Source of the DNA: Macrostomum hystrix
Lineage: Eukaryota; Animalia; Platyhelminthes
Assembly (NCBI GenBank): GCA_950097015.1
Contig: CATNEN010000003.1
Location: 4,464,001-4,528,000 of the forward strand
Reading direction: 5' to 3'
Length of the DNA: 64,000 nucleotides
The position numbers and the translations under genes are program-made. Every line of letters begins with the position of its first letter. Position 1 is the first letter of the stretch. The notes beneath the pieces were generated by a model. It did no database searches. It was not told the origin of the DNA and saw only the letters and a program-made list of their open reading frames with translations. Of the stretch, positions 61,301 through 64,000 are shown in pieces.

Positions 61301-64000
61301 GCTCCTGCGCTTACAGCAGCTCAACCAAAAGACTTCTGATTGGAAGAATTCGCAGTTTAAATTTGGCAGCACTTTGTGTCTGTCATTTGATGCCTTATTT
61401 AATGAAATTGTTTGGGTAGTCGTTAGCGGTAGGGATTCAGAGTTCCTTCGCAAGTCTGGTCTAATTTTTGTTGAATTATGCAACGAAGTATGCGATACCG
61501 GGCTACTGCGCCGCCTTCAAGCTTTTTCTGGTGACATATGGCTAGCTGAATCTTCGACTTGCTACCAAGTATACGAATCCACGTTTAATTCTTTGCGATC
61601 GCTTTATAATCAGCCAGTTCCGCTTGGGAATGAGCTGCTAGGCTTTGCTCCTGATAATCGCAATTCTATGATTGTTTCCAGCCAACTAGATGTTACAGAG
61701 TCGTTTGATCCATCTCAATTGGAAGCTTTCAATTCCTGCTTGCAACGCAATCTTTCTATCGTTAGCGGACCACCGGCAAGCGGCAAAACGTACTTAGCTG
61801 CTCACTTACTTTGCGTCTTAGCTAATCAGCATGATAAATCATCCAAGCCGGTTCTAATGATCGGTAATCGAACTGAAAGTTTAAAGCAGTGCTTGACAAA
61901 ACTGAAAGATCTTGACAGTTCGCTAAAAGTTCGACTTCTTGAGGACTCCGTTTTTTCTCAGAAGTTAAGCAGTGATGAAGCCGTTTCGGGTCTTATGAAT
62001 GAATTTGATGAAGAAAAAGATTATATAACCTGTGAGCTAAATACGCTACTTGATCTTACAAATCTAGAATTCAACGAACATTTCGTTAACGTCTATTGGT
62101 GCGAAGATGTAAAAAACAAATTTTTGTCTGGATGCCGAGAGGTGCAATCGACTGACCTTGACAATTCATTAGGACCAAAACTTCAGCAGTGGATACCGTC
62201 AAGCGAAAAATTAGAACTCATCATGAGTTTTTGTCTAAAAGTTGAAGCTATGCAAAATAAAATACCACTTCGTGCTCAGAGCAATTCCTCTCTTATTTCT
62301 AGAAATTTCGCAGCAAGCACTTTGATTAATGAGCACTTCAGTGCCCCACCGTCGCAAGTTATGAGACAAAAGTTTCTTAAAGAACCTTCGCTAATACATT
62401 TCGCCCCAACCAGCAGCCTGCGATTTGAAAAGAGGCTACTGAAATTGACATCTATTAAGTGGCGCACTTTGCAGCACGTTGCTAATCCATGGGACATTGA
62501 ATCAGATGAGGACAGGTACTTTTACATGCAGGGCTGCATGCTCGACTATATCGAGCAACGATGGGCAAAAGCGGCGCCCCTTAACGTGAAGCTTGTTGAA
62601 CTTCTTCGATGTAAGAAGTCACAGTTGCGAGAAATTTTGGACAAGGAAGTCGAAGCTGTAAGCAAAGCAGATGTTATTGCCATGACGATTACTAGTGCAT
62701 CTGGTAAGTATGAGCTTCTAAGAAAGGTACGTCCTTGCGCTATAATTTTTGAAGAGGCATTGGATATCTTCGAGCCTATTCTTCTTGGATGTCTTGGAAA
62801 CTGGACCAAGAAGCTCGTTCTTATCGGAGACCTAAGCCAAGTTAGTCCAACAGCCGGTGACACTAGTGCTTCTTTGCTTTCTCGGACGAGTTTTTCGATG
62901 ATGGAGCGCTTAGTGAATCACGGATTGCCCGTAACGCATTTGCAATACCAAAACCGAATGCATCCAGATATCTCAAAGTATTTAGTGCCTAGCATCACAG
63001 ACAATCTCAGCATTGTGTCTTCGTTAACAAGGCCAGCTTTTTTGTCGAAAGCAGTGATATTTTGGGACCTACAGCGCTCTGTAGATTTTCAAAGCTCGGG
63101 AACTGGCAGCAAAAGTGCTTTCCAATCTACCAGCGTTGTTGCGGAACTAGCCCTTGCGTTTCTGAAGCTTGGCTGTAAATCTAGTGAACTTACGATTTTG
63201 ACTATCAGCAGTGGTCAGAGTAATAAAATTCGCGAAAGCGTTCAAAGTACCACCAAATTTCTTACTGACCAGGGCGTTTCAGAAGTTAAGCGAAAATACG
63301 GCGAAGATTTTTCTAACTCCTTTATTGAAGTGTGCACCATCGAAGAATATCAAGCTCGAGAGAATGACATCGTCATTGTACTTTTGCTAAACAAAAAGAA
63401 CGGTAAAGCTCCTGTGCCGCCTCTTCGCGTTTGTCAGTCCCGATCACGATGTGCATTAATATTTGTCGGAGATGCCCAATCACTGAGTGAGTTCGCCGAA
63501 TGGAAGTCATTCATTCAGGCTCTTGACAAGGATAACGCCCTAGTCTGTGAATTTCCAGTGGTCTGCAGCAGGCACAATACTAGCGCTAATTGGCGGTCCG
63601 TTTCTGATCATGGAATGTTGACTAGCTTCTGCTACGAAGATTGTCATCAATTAATGCCTTGTGGTGTGCACCGATGCACTAAAAAATGTCATCCCAGGCA
63701 TGACCACGTTCAGTGCAATGAAAGTAGACATTTAACTTTGCCATGTGGCCACACTAAATTAGTTTCCTGTTCGATGTCTACTTCGACTGGAAACAAAGCG
63801 TGCGAACATCCGTGCGAACTTCTTCTACCCTGCGGTCACAAATGTCGAAGACTATGTGGACAGCCATGCGGAACAGATGCATGTACCGAAAAGCAAAGCA
63901 TCACATTGCCATGCGGGCACATCGTGTCTAAGGCTTGCAACGAGCCAACACCGCTGTGTTCGATGACGATTGATCTGAAAATGTACTGTGGGCACTCAAA
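58394..64000 (+). CDS. ZNFX1: ZNFX1-like UPF1-family (SF1) helicase with NF-X1 zinc fingers, 3'-partial; exons 58394-58484, 58918-59151, 59262-59873, 60100->64000
   Basis: FDPSQLEAF..IVSGPPASGKTYL, ADVIAMT, IIFEEA, LVLIGDLSQ, MERLV..LQYQNRMHPDI, then repeated L.CGH.C...C fingers; ZNFX1-type YTSVEQYL..LRLLR and FGSTLCLS; phase-1 introns are consistent. It is absent from the ORF track, presumably because it runs off the window. Confidence 0.85.
58650..58830 (+). mobile_element. Diverged family-A SINE in ZNFX1-like intron 1
   Basis: gtggttaaagtgtcagactc...gcttcagttcacccagctgaaaaatgggtacc, (ATT)n tail. Confidence 0.6.
59395..59712 (+). repeat. Coding 27-bp repeat (WNQGPPPQQ)n flanked by HQGPPP units
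   Basis: Tandem caatggaaccaaggcccaccaccgcaa in the spliced reading frame. Confidence 0.85.

Overview
Eukaryotic (metazoan) genomic DNA with GT-AG introns. It is most consistent with a flatworm such as Macrostomum; this is an inference from the minisatellite-filled introns, a CsRn1-clade retrotransposon and signs of spliced-leader (SL) trans-splicing. From 1.4 to 36.5 kb, eight genes lie head-to-tail on the minus strand. In transcription order they are a C-type-lectin membrane protein, METAP1, COA5, ALG13, a stand-alone SRA-domain protein, KTI12, an ankyrin/SOCS-box protein and DDX23/PRP28. Each begins at a splice acceptor with no evident upstream exon, and most spacers and introns are filled by a locus-private minisatellite. 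This looks like a long trans-spliced operon. Two cistrons (KTI12 and the lectin) have no genomic ATG: their conserved or functional N-terminus starts in phase 0 right after the acceptor AG, as expected if the AUG at the 3' end of the flatworm SL supplies the start codon. In several other cistrons an SL AUG would meet a stop within 0-5 codons. The rest of the window holds an intact CsRn1-type LTR retrotransposon with a -1 frameshift signal, a Gln/Ser-rich orphan gene, a decayed Gypsy element interrupted by a CACTA-like DNA element, a Merlin fragment, two tRNA-SINE families (one copy nested in the other), a hAT MITE carrying a minisatellite, and the 5' part of a divergent ZNFX1-like helicase with a prion-like N-terminus. 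All exon boundaries were read by eye and array boundaries are approximate.
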